A program made the position numbers and the translations under genes. 64,000 bases of DNA from Saccostrea echinata (Eukaryota): NCBI RefSeq assembly GCF_033153115.1, contig NW_026889765.1, positions 16,492,001 through 16,556,000 of the forward strand, read 5' to 3'. Below the pieces are notes generated by a model. That model did no database searches. It was not told the origin of the DNA and saw only the letters and a list, made by a program, of their open reading frames with translations. Below are positions 50,722 through 62,350 of the stretch, piece after piece; within the stretch, counting starts at the first letter, position 1, and every line of letters begins with the position of its first letter.

Positions 50722-52915
50722 CTTAAATCCAAATATGAAACAGATGTGTCAGACTCTGTGGTATCTTTTATCTCAAGTTCACCAGGATATATCGTATCGA
50801 CATAAGAATGAAAATAGCCATTGTTAATTGACAATACGTCGTCGATATATCTAAATGTGGAGTTGAAGGCCACGGCAAGTGTTTTCTTCTTTTCACGTAC
50901 AAGATTTTGGACAAATTCTGCTTCATATGAATACAAAAAAAGGTCTGCTAATAACGGTGCGCAATTGGTACCCATAGAAATTCCAATAGATTGTTGGAAG
51001 ACCTGGTCTCCAAAAACTACATAGATATTGTCAATCAGAAACTCAAGCATCTTTTTAATGTCAACTTCAGAGTACTTGTGTGTACAATCAGAATGTTTTT
51101 TAACAAAATAATTTTGCAAATGACCAATGACAAGGTAAGTATATTTACGAGTTCCATTTTTATTGAAAAAGCAGCTGTCAATGATAACAAAAAGCCTGGA
51201 CTTTAATTTATCGTGGGGAATGGTTGTGTATAAAGTTGAAAAGTCGTAAGTTTTTAAGCTGTTGATTTTGGTAAAATCTTGTGATTTCAAATTTTCCAAA
51301 AGTTCCTTGGAATTTTTAAGTATCCACATCTGATTTACACCACTTCTCGAATATATTGTTGCACAGTACTCTTGAAGTTTCTCCTTCACCACTGTTAATA
51401 TCTTAGTGAGGAGTAAAGATAGAGGCTTGGTTGAACATTTACTGGAACCCGCTATGTATCTTTGTTTGTAAGGATTTTTATGAAGTTTCGGAATCCAATA
51501 TAAATATGGTAATTCGAATTCATTTTGGTTGTTTGGAATATTAAAAATATTCAAAACTGACATATGATTTTGAAGAATTTCTTCCTTAGAAAGGGGACTA
51601 TGAGTATAAGTTGGATTACCACTTGTAGAATTAAATCCAAGTTCCTCTAAAATACATTTAATATAATGAGCCTTACAAACAAAGACAATGTTGTTACCTG
51701 CTTTGTCAGCAGGGACCAGTACGTACTGATCATGTAATCTATCTAATTCTTTTTTCACTTCTGGATTATTGAAAACAGAAGGATAGATGGTTTTCATATT
51801 GCCTCTCAATCTTTTAATGCGCGATTTAAACATACATCTGATACATTTAATCCATTCTGACAAAGTGTCAAGGTCTTCTTTTTCATGTCTGGCCCATCGC
51901 CTGGCGTAGTCCTCTACAGAATCCATAAAATTTATGAAATTCTTACGCCAGTTGAAGGATCTGGGTTCCCTAAATTTAGGACCTTTTGAAATTAGTGATC
52001 TAAGATCCTCATTATTAACTATATTTACGTCACCAGTAATAACGTGTCCAGCAGGACTATAGATATAGGGCGAAGAAGAACATGAACACGATGGAGGATT
52101 ATGTTTCAGATATTCGATATCCAGGCCCTGTAAAGTTTTCTTGTAATTAAAAAGTTTGGAAGCAATAGTCGATGTATATTTGTAGGAAATACAAGGTGTA
52201 GTCTTTAACTTGAAGTATGGTGGAATACAAGACTGGACCCTTTTGTGATTAAGGATATTACTTATATTAACCGCGTCAATTCCTTTGTTGGCATATTGAA
52301 GTTTAAGGAAAAAACGGATTGTTTTAGCTGCATTTTCTTCAGTAAAACGCGGGGGTTTAAAAAGCCTATGATTGGCAATATCCATAACTACAGATCCGAG
52401 CCTATATTCTGGTGTCGGAGAATCATAAAATGGACTTTCCTCGACCTTTTCAAGAAGACTATTTAAAAGTTTCAAAGGGACAGAGTAAAGTTTGGTGCAA
52501 ATATGATGTAACCCTAACTGTTGATTTACGTAAGGTAGTAATGAATCAAAAGAGACATCGTGTATTAAAGGTTTATTGTAAGACCGATGCCCATGACTAC
52601 GCTTACGTCTCTGTGTATGGTTAAAAAGTCCCATCACATTTACATTGTTACACTGTGGACTGGAAAGATTTCCAACACTATCGACATTGTCATTACATCC
52701 ATAGGGAAAGGCTGTCCCTAGCTTTCTTATCCAAAATTCTTCTCGTTGTCTACGGAAAGGTGTACTCAGTGATGGACTGTTTGTGTGGTGGTAAATCTTT
52801 TCCAGAATTCTAACTTTCATTGACAAAATTGAATGATCAGGTAAATTAAAATGTTTGTATAAAAGTTGCTGACCCCCATTATTTATCTGAAATCTATGAC
52901 CTGATGTTCTTTTAC
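50722..52915 (-). mobile_element. Penelope-like retroelement of Naiad type (GIY-YIG endonuclease N-terminal to RT), truncated at both ends
   Basis: Uninterrupted frame of >700 aa. The C-half of GIY-YIG (R..GH...LYKHFNLPDH; RRQREEFWIRKLGTAFPYGCN) precedes PLE RT motifs ADKAGN, LYWIPKLHK, YDFSTLYTTIPH, GISMGTNCAPLLADLFL, FRYIDD and YLDL. Confidence 0.9.
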
Positions 52916-53629
52916 GTTTTCAGCTTTCAGCTATGTATTTCAGCTATGTACATACGTTTTCAGCTATGTATTTATTCACAAAACCTCATGGGCAGGTCCA
53001 CAGCAATAGAAGTCATGAGCATGTATATACACAAAAAGAACTATCAACATTTAGACACAAATGCACAAATTTAGTACAGCAAGTAAACAGTCTAAAGAAT
53101 GCAATTAAAAAACAAACTAATCAACTAAGCATCTTCAGTGTGTTAAGCTTGTACAAAGAGTAACTGTTCTATTTTGGGAAGTCCAAGCTTAGTAATGAAA
53201 TGAAAATGATGCATTCTATGTACGAGAACCTGCCTTCTTCGGACAAAATTTGCATATTCGAAATAAGCGTTTCAGTTAGAGTTTGCAAAAGTTCATGTAG
53301 ATTTGAATTTTTTCCCGGGTCATTACTGGACAATATTAATACATTCTCTTCAGATATTTGTTATACGAAAAATAAATCATATGATTGAAATGATATGCGA
53401 AGTACCTTTTAAAATTTATTGAGAAATAATTTTATGAGGCAAATGTTTATTCCATCCTGGCCAATGCTGAAAATTTAAATATAAAGACTTCATTTGAGAC
53501 TGCAGGACGTTATTCATAATCACTGTCAAATGTATTTAGGGAAAAAGCTGTCAAGGGGCAGTAATTCAATATATTTTTTTTATGGATTTGACTTTAGAAT
53601 AAATGAATCACAGATTGATATATGTAAGC

Positions 53630-56190
53630 GAGTATACTGGGTAGTGAAAGGGTCCCTCCCAGATCCTTCCCTTGTAAAAAGATGAAGGTCTAAATATGGG
53701 ATACAATATGTTAGCCAGCCTTTCGAACTATATACACTTATAACAGAATTATAAGCATATTTCCCTATTTTGACCTAGGTAGCTAAATGGGTTATCGGTC
53801 TTGTAAACTCTATTCCTTTTGACACTCAAAGGGTCCCTCCCAGACCCCTGCCCTGTAAAAAGAAGAAGGTCTAAATATAGGATACAGGATGTAAGCCAGC
53901 CCTTCGAACTATATACAGTTAAACTTCGTTATCTCGAAGTTGACGGGACCGTTGATGAACTTCGAGATATCCGGGGGTTCGACATATCGAGGGTTATAAT
54001 TCTAATGAACTTCAAATAAACTTAGTGCAGTGAACATGTACTTAATAGTAGAAACATGTCAAATTCCTTCTTGTTTGAAATTCTGTATACGTTTTCTTTA
54101 ATATACATGTAATTAGCATTAAAGAGATTTTCACATCCTCTGTATAATTCACAAAATAAAAACCTTGTATAATATGCACAGACGTATAATCCTTCTACCG
54201 ACCCGATATGTCAACCGCTAGCATCGTTTCTCATGTATACATAACCGGATATCGTCTATGCATTGTAAATTTAAAACCGGTTGCTGTCAGAATAACGCAA
54301 ACGAAATATACATTTTTTTTTATCGGAAAAACATGTTCATACATGTATAATCATTTAGATAAAATATTTTACCATTATAAAATCAAATGCAAAAGAAGAA
54401 ACACGCACTTTTGTTTAACTACAGAAGAACACTGAATAACCGGGCACTATAGCAGAAGTTTTACTGCGACACACGCTCACATGATGGTGTGTACTGACGG
54501 TTGTAAATTCTGCGCGCACATATACACATGTAGGAAAAATAAATTCTAATTGCATTAAATTACAGAATTTTGTTTCACTTTGATGTTTATAATTTTCGCT
54601 TTCGTATGCATAAACTATGCAAGCGCGCATATTACACATAGCATTAAATAGCGATTATCAAGATTTATAAACGTACCCCAGCTATGAAACAATTAACGTG
54701 TCATCCACGCGTATGCATAAGACTAATACACACAACCTTTGGCTTGCATAATTAAAATCAAGGTAAGCCATACATACACCTCGTATAATTATCGCGCTAT
54801 AATTTGTTGATCAAAGGAACACGGGTAACCCGTGCGTGACAGACAGGTGGGTGTTATAAATAGAGCGGTCAGTTTACCTAACGGACTTGATTATCCTGAC
54901 TTCGAGATAACGCATGTGATTCTAATAAATGAGTACATAGTTTTACTTCGAGATAACCGGGGTATTCGACATTACCGTGTTCGACATAGAGGGGTTTATT
55001 CTAATCATTTATAAAGCAAGTTTCGTCGGGACCGCGGCCTTACTTCGACATATCCGGGGTATTCGAGATATCCGTGTTCGAGATCTCGAAGTTTAGCTGT
55101 ACTCTAATAACAGTATTATACACGTTTTCCCAATTTTGATCGGGCTAGCTAAAAGAGTTATCGGTCTTTTAAACTGGATTCCTTTCGAAAATCAAAGGGA
55201 CCCTCCTAGATCCCTCAACCGTAAAAAAATAAAGGTCTTAATATGGGATCCAGGATGAAAGCCAGCCCTTCGAACTAAATACTCTTATAACAGTATTATA
55301 CGCGTTTTCCCCCATTTTGACCGAGCTAGCTAAATAGGTTATCGGTCTTGTAAACTCAATTTCTTTTGACAGTGAATGGGGTTCTCCCAGACCCCTCCCT
55401 TGCAAAAAGATGAATGTTGTTATTTGGGATCCAGGATGCAAGCCATTCCTTCGAACTATATACTCTTATAATAGTAATATACATGTACGTTTTTTCCCCA
55501 ATTTTGACCGAGCTGGCTAAATAGGTTTTCGGTCTTGTAAACTCAGTTCCATTTGACAGTCAAAGGGCTATCCAAGACCCGTCATCTGTAAAAAGATAGA
55601 GGACTAAATATGGGATCAGGATGTTAGCCAGCCCTTCGAACTATATACTCTTATAACAGTATTATACTCATATTTCCCAATTTTGACAGGGCTAGCTAAA
55701 TGAGTTATCGGTCTTTTAAACTGAATTCCTTTCGACAGTAAATGAGTCATCCCCAGACCCCTCCCCTGTAAAAAGATGAAGGTTTTAATATGGGATCCAG
55801 CTCAGGTTGTTAGCGAGCCCTTCGATCTATATACTCTTATAGCAGTATTATACGCGTTTTCCCCCATTTTGACCGAGCTAGCTAAATAGGTTATCGGTCT
55901 TGTAAACTCAATTCCTTTTGACAGTGAATGGGGCTCTCCTAGTCCCCTCCCTTGCAATAAAATGAATGTCTAAATATGGGAACCAGGATGTGAGCCAGCC
56001 CTTCGAACTATATAGTCTTATAACAGTAAAATACGCGCTTTTCCCCATTTTGACAAGGCTAGCTAAATGGGTTATCGGTCTTGTAAACTCCATTCCTTTT
56101 GACAGTGAAAGGGTCCCTCCCAGACCCATGCCCTGTAAAAAAAAAAATGAATGTCTAAATATGGGATCCAGGATGTGAGCCAGCCCCTGG
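53630..56190 (+). repeat. Tandem array of a ~181-bp satellite monomer (~8 units) with a unique flank to ~56450
   Basis: Anchor CCTTCGAACT at ~53720, 53901, 55267, 55448, 55633, 55819 and 56000. The period is ~181-186 once the 1.18-kb insertion is removed. Confidence 0.92.
53916..55099. mobile_element. pogo/Tigger-type (Tc1/mariner) MITE inserted in the satellite array
   Basis: TA|CAGTTAAACTTCGTTATCTCGAA ... TTCGAGATCTCGAAGTTTAGCTG|TA, with subterminal TTCGASATA repeats. Removal restores the monomer GAACTATATACTCT. Confidence 0.9.
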
Positions 56191-57038
56191 CACAAGATTT
56201 ACCTAGTAATGGTATTTTATCCATTGTCATCATTTTGATCAGGTTAGCTACATTGGTTCGGGGTCCTCTCTCTTCTTTTCTAAGTGAAGGCTTTGATTCG
56301 CTTCTTTAGCATGTATTAGCCAGTTTTTTGGGGGAAAAAACATTATTAGGACACTAACGGTAATTTGAATAGGAAACCGGCCTCAGCATGCGGTTCGCCA
56401 TTCGAAAAAACAATAGAGAATAGGGAATAACCTTCTAACTTCTGATTGCTGAAAAAGTGAAGATAACGAACACTGATCGATCTCAAAAATATACAAACAA
56501 TACAAATCAGTAAACAGTGCATAAAAAATAAAACAGGTGCCTAGGAGGAGTAAGATCCTCTGTCAACCTGCCACACCTGTCGTCACTCCCATGTATTGAT
56601 TCGGAACAATAATCCCTTGTCAAATTAAGTTTAAAAAACAAAGGTCTTACAATCATTCAGTCAAAATATAACCTATGACAAGTTATATTTGCTATAAAGG
56701 TCACTATTAAGGCCATACAATTTACGAAATGCTTACTTTAAACGAGTTTTTTTTTAAATCCCTGTAACATCAACTTATCTGGCAGTATCATGCCTCGAAG
56801 CTCACTCTTGAGTTTCGAATAAGTTCGGAGGCATAAAAACCACACAAGTGATGACGGAATAAAACTACATGAGTAAGGAAAGTTGGCTATAGTAAAGCAT
56901 GAATACTGGTGTCGGATCTCACCACGAACAATTGTCCGATCATTGAATGAATAGGAAAGTATATTGAACTACTACAGGTTTACATTTTACTTTGAAACAC
57001 GAGATTCTGGTCAATCTACGATGCGATATTAAATAAAC

Positions 57039-57222
57039 NNNNNNNNNNNNNNNNNNNNNNNNNNNNNNNNNNNNNNNNNNNNNNNNNNNNNNNNNNNNNN
57101 NNNNNNNNNNNNNNNNNNNNNNNNNNNNNNNNNNNNNNNNNNNNNNNNNNNNNNNNNNNNNNNNNNNNNNNNNNNNNNNNNNNNNNNNNNNNNNNNNNNN
57201 NNNNNNNNNNNNNNNNNNNNNN
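57039..57222. other. Assembly gap (184 N)
   Basis: Run of N. Confidence 0.99.
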
Positions 57223-59084
57223 GACATGAAGAGACACCTCATAACTTTATTTATTAGTTGTTCAAATGCAGGGATGCAAGTGCGTAGCATAATTTTTGAA
57301 ACTGTGTTTGTTTGCGGAGGGGGGATCCAAAAAAAAATGGCAACTAACCGGGAAAACTTTGAAAAGCAAAAAAAAGTATTTTTCCAAACTTGAAAATTGT
57401 ATTTCGTGCAGGGGGAGGGGGTGTGTGTTTGTTTTAACTTCTTTCACAACCCATCCTTATTCATAGAGTACCACATTACACTGAATTGACTAACTGCAAT
57501 AAAATATGGGGGAGGGTGAACTAGTCTTTCATTGAATGTTTTTTCAACGGTAAAAGGTTATGTTTGGGAATAAATGGGGGCAGGCCCCAGTGCATCCCCC
57601 ATACTACCTGCCTTCTTTATTGACTTGAAATCTGTTGATTTTTTTGTCTATTGTAGAGTATTGTAAATATTGTTTAAATGTTGTTATAACGGGTTTCCAT
57701 ACTGTTGGGGTTGTTTTGCAACTGGTATATAAAGGGACTGGTTTTGTCGGAGTGGTCAGATCTAGTTTGGTGTCCGGTAAAGTGACCAGCCGGAGGTGTG
57801 CCACGTTTGCTGTATCCCCTGCATGATTATACAAGTGGCGAATATATTTCGGTGAGATATAGCACCGAATTTAATGGGTAGCCATATAACTTGTAAGTTG
57901 GACTATTGCAGTGTGTATATGCAGTTCTAGCCGGTAAGAGTGTTTTAATAATGTATATCGGTGGTTTATTATAAATTTCCGGTTTTCTGTTGTAATATAT
58001 GGTAGGTTTTTGTAAACGTAAATTCATTTCAGTGCGTACATGTAAGAGGCTTGGAGACAATTTATAATTAAGTGGACGTGCTGAGGGTCAGTTAACGATG
58101 TTTGTGAGTTATTGACGAGATTTGGATGGAGGGCCACAGATGTCATATCCAAATGTAGATGTTGTCAATGGTATGGTAGGTTAACCGGGATGGTAGGCTA
58201 AAGACCCGGGGCTGCGGTTACGAAACTACCACTTGAGGACTACGGAACTTGGTGGGACGTAGACGTAGGTGCGGCGAATGCGCAGTTGTGTGATGTCCTG
58301 GACACGTGTGGTTGACCTCAGTTGGTGAAAATGTAAATTTGAGTAACTTTCGGTGGCTTATAAAAGAGAACATTTATATTTGAATACTATCATTAATAGA
58401 ATTTATTTGAGCCTTTTCGGAATATTATTTTTGAACGGTCAAAAAAAAAATTGGCGAATTATTCATTTGATATAATATCTGATACTAACGAAATCAGAAC
58501 TGTAGGAGTTAATATTGAAACTATGTAAAGTATCAGAATTTGTAATACTGAGTTAACAGTTCATATTTATTTCATTTTCCGTGTGTGAGCCTGTATGTGA
58601 GAGTGAGTGAGCGACATAGAATTTATTTGTTCTCTATTTTTTTTTTTATTTCGTGTTAATAAATTTGTTTATTTATTCTGATTGACATTGTTTTCCTTCT
58701 CAACTCTACAAAATCCTGAAAGAACTTATTACAACATTCAAAGTAAAAGGTAGTCTGTCCACGTTCAGAATCAGCGCTCTAAGGATAAGGAGAACTAGCA
58801 GCATCTCTTCTGCATTACTTTAAAAGGCCAACAAAGGTTTACTTTTGCATTGCAATACTCATGAACACATATGTCAGTCTTATGACTTTGGCCAGGGAAT
58901 TCGCCTGACATTCTGACATCCTGACTCCTGTATTCATCGATAGTACAACAAAAGAATACAGACACAAATCGCCTTTCATAATGGCTTTGAGAAACGTGAA
59001 ATTCTACGTTTTTTTTTAACAAATGATTTTAAATGTGAGCATGGAAATAATAGATTGATAATACTGGTTGTTTTTAATGTAATG

Positions 59085-59495
59085 CGGTACCAATTTTGAT
59101 GCACCAGAAGCGCATTTCAACAAATAATGTCTCTTCAGTGATGCTCATGGTGAAACGTTGGAGATCCGAAATATTTGAATAAAAAATTTTAAAAGCCGAG
59201 AAAGGGATGCCTGTGGTCAAATACGTCGAAGGATCAGAGCTGTGCATGTGTGAAATAATCCTTAATTTTGAAATAAATCTCTGAATTTTACCACAGCAAT
59301 AAAATTTGTATTTTCAAGCTAGTACCGAAGTATTTAGATACTGGGCTGTAGAGACCCTCAGGGGCTAACAGTCAACCATCAGAGGCCTCGACCCAGGGGT
59401 CATTATCTTAATCATATACGGTTTTAATTTTGATGCACCAGATGGACATTTCGACAAATTAGTGATGCTCATGCCAAAACGTTGGAAATCCAAAC
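59085..59495 (-). mobile_element. Retrozyme-like / Penelope pLTR unit: ~334-bp monomer with terminal direct repeats carrying hammerhead motifs
   Basis: The block AATTTTGATGCACCAGA..CATTTC.ACAAAT..AGTGATGCTCATG...AAACGTTGGA.ATCC occurs at ~59092-59168 and again at ~59426-59490. The second copy has lost the CUGAAGA core. Confidence 0.7.
59101..59144 (-). ncRNA. Minimal type I hammerhead ribozyme motif, slightly mutated
   Basis: The - strand reads GCAUCA-CUGAAGA-GAC(auuauuu)GUU-GAAA-UGCGCU-UC-UGGUGC. Helix I is GCAUCA/UGGUGC, the core is CUGAnGA...GAAA...UH, and helix III is near-palindromic. Confidence 0.75.
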
Positions 59496-60695
59496 TATTA
59501 AAAAAAGGTTTTGAGGAGCTATGTGTTATTTTGCTATATACAAGGGTTGTCAGGTAAAATCGTTGAAAAGTACTCTTGAGTGAACATTGCCTTCTAACAT
59601 TTTCCGTACACTTTAGTTCATTTTTTTTATCAATATACATAGCAAAAGAGTTATATGCTCAAAAAAAAAATATGGGATTTTATGTCATGTGTGGTATCAC
59701 CTAACGGAGCATGGACGATAACGTCAAAATGTCTGAAGCAACGTCACATTTCGTCTCTGCTTAAAAAAGTTGGTTAAGTATCACTTAAATTCCGGGAATT
59801 TTACTGACGCATACACACGGGTTCCCCTTTCTTCCCCCATAAACAGTCGAGGGACCAATCTTGCACACATATGGGACCTTATGAAAACTTGTATTAGTAA
59901 GTTCTTGAAAATCCTCTCACTTTCACTGAACTAAATAGGCAATCTTTTTTTTAATAGTCTGCAATGAAAGCGTCTTTCTTTATTGCAAATACATGTAGCT
60001 GACTGTTTGTATCTGATCTACCGGTGGACTCGATCAAAAAGCTTCCGCTTTAAAGCAAAATGCCTATTACACTTGTATTCTAGTGTATTGGTAATATTTT
60101 AATATTGTGTTATCTTCTGTTATCATTTAATGTCTTTTAACGCGTCATTGCTTAATCAACAATTACTGCTCTCTGGTGTGCCATAATGTTATCAAACGTC
60201 ACTATTTTCGTGCATTTCGTTTATGTGGTAGTTGTACTTAGTTTTGTTTATTTTTAATTAATGCTTTGTATTTTATTTCAGGAATTTCCTTCATCCACTC
60301 ATCCATACATATACACAAGCGCTACACATTACTAATATATTGTTACTTATTCATTTTCTTAAATACCTAAACATCCGAATTCAAATATTGGTTTAACCCA
60401 AAGACTATAGGTAAAGGTAGATTTAAAGATTAGTCTGATCATAGATAAGGGTGTTGTCTATTATCTTACATTCCGTTGGTCAGTTGGCATTGTTTGGTCA
60501 GAGATGTCTACCCAGGCAAGAAACCTTTGTTTTACTATTCTATTCAAAGATTTTTTTGACTACGAGGATAAAGATATAGGGTACCTGTTATAATTTGATT
60601 TATTTATATACTTTGGAGTATATCAATATCCATAAATAGTAAGTAAACCCTTTCTTAAACTAATCAAATGATCGTAAACTAAAATAAAGGATAAT

Positions 60696-61007
60696 TTGTT
60701 TTGTTTATTTGTTTGTATGTTGTTTAATGTCCCTCTCGAGAATTTTTCACTCATATGGAGACGCCACCACTTGCCGGTGGAGAGCTGCAAATTTTGTCTA
60801 TACTCGGCACTTACGGCCATTGAGCAGTGAGGGATCTTTTTCGTGCCAGCACCTACTGCGACACGGGACCTCGGTTTATACGGTCTCATTCGAAGGACCG
60901 GTCTCCACGTCCCACAGTGGGATTCGAACCCGTGACTTAAGGATCAACTCCTTACATCGCGACTCTAGAGCATGCAGACGCTCTAACCACTGTGCCACGC
61001 GGGCGAC
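60696..61007 (-). mobile_element. Full-length tRNA-derived SINE with a Deu/Nin-like central domain
   Basis: A box TGGCACAGTGG and B box GGTTCGAATCC, then GAATGAGACCGTATAAACCGAGGTCCC...AAAGATCCC, which resembles the Deu domain from memory. (AAAC)n tail. Candidate TSD GATAAT at 60690-60695 and 61008-61013. Confidence 0.88.
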
Positions 61008-61609
61008 GATAATGAAGGAAATAAAATATTTAAAATTTAACGTGCTAAGAATCCGCGAGTATGAATGTTGTGGAGTGATTGTTTTAAATTAAGTTATTAA
61101 AGTTACAAATTTTAACGTATTGTAAAGCTGTAGCATGTTATGTTTTAACTTACTTCATGTAGATCTTTGGAATTAAGATCTGAGTCTGAATTATAATGTG
61201 TTGATAATTTATCAATCCATAAGGTCATTATGCAATAAGTCTTAAAGTCATCCTGATCAAGAGATAAATCGCTCAGTGCAATACACAGGTTTGTTGAATA
61301 CATATTCTTGAAATATGGTAAATATTTCAGTATTATGAAATATAATTTTTACCAGTATTTCAATCTAAGATTTTCAAAGAATTGTCTTCCTTTGAATGCG
61401 TTTCGTAATGGCCTAAAAGAATGTTTTAAGTGTTTAAATTGTGTTCATTTTGTGTTGTTAAGTAAATGTGCTTGCCTATATGTTGTGTAATTATCTATAT
61501 GTTGTTATTGTCATTTTAGGGTTAATCGAAATATTTATTTCATCTGACAATTCAACAGCTTTCAAAGTATATCTCTACGGAATAAAAAAGAATCCGACTC
61601 TATATACAG

Positions 61610-62350
61610 TTTTAGCTCACCTGAGCTGAAAGCTCAAGTTAGCCTTTCTGATCACATTTTGTCTGTAGTCCGTCTGTCCGTCTAGCTGTTCGTCCGTCCG
61701 TCTGTAAACTTTTCACATTTTCGACTTCTTCTCCAGAATCACCAGGTCAATTTCAACCAAACTTGCCACAAAGCATCCGTGGGCTAAGGGAATTCAGGTT
61801 TGTTCAAATGAAGGACCAAGCCCTTATTCAAGGGGAAATAATTCAGAAATAGTGAAATTTTTTGGCATATTTTAACAATCTTTTCAAGAACCACTGCCCC
61901 CAAAAAGTTGAAACTTAAAGAAAACCTTCATTACATGGTGTAGATTCAAGTTCGTTCAAATCACGACCCTGGGGGTAGGGTGGGGCCAAAATAGGGGATC
62001 AAAGTTTTACATAGGAATATATAGGAAGAAAATCTTTAAAAATGTTCCTCTCAAGAACAGAAAGGCCATGATTAGTCATACTGATATGGAAGCATCCCCA
62101 GGTATTGTAGATTCACGTTTGTTCAAATGATGACCCCGGGGGCAGGGTGGGGTCAGAATGGGGGATCAAAGTTTTACATAGAAATATATAGGAAGAAATC
62201 TTTAAAAATATTCTTCTCAAGAACAGCAAGGCCATGATTAGTCATATTGATATGGAAGTATCCTCAGGTAGTGTAGACTCAAGTTTATTCAAATCATGAC
62301 CCCCGGGGGTAGGGTCGGGTCACAATGAGGGATCAAAATTTTTACATAAA
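61610..62350 (+). mobile_element. HINE (Cg_HINE-like), 3'-truncated, with ~166-bp Cg170-like satellite monomers
   Basis: Starts TTTTAGCTCACCTGAGCTGAAAGCTCAAG, followed by a GTCY microsatellite (61667-61702). The monomer anchor GAYTCA.GTT..TTCAAAT recurs at ~61943, 62110 and 62276. Confidence 0.88.

Noticed and set aside
50646-52826. Telomerase, a host RT gene, or a selenoprotein call for the 726-aa ORF
   Set aside because: The motifs are Penelope-type, both ends are truncated, the last ~25 aa are read-through into flanking DNA, and no in-frame TGA is present.
60918-61007. Functional tRNA gene (also ~19720-19806)
   Set aside because: The A/B boxes are followed by a shared SINE body and microsatellite tail, and there is no proper cloverleaf.
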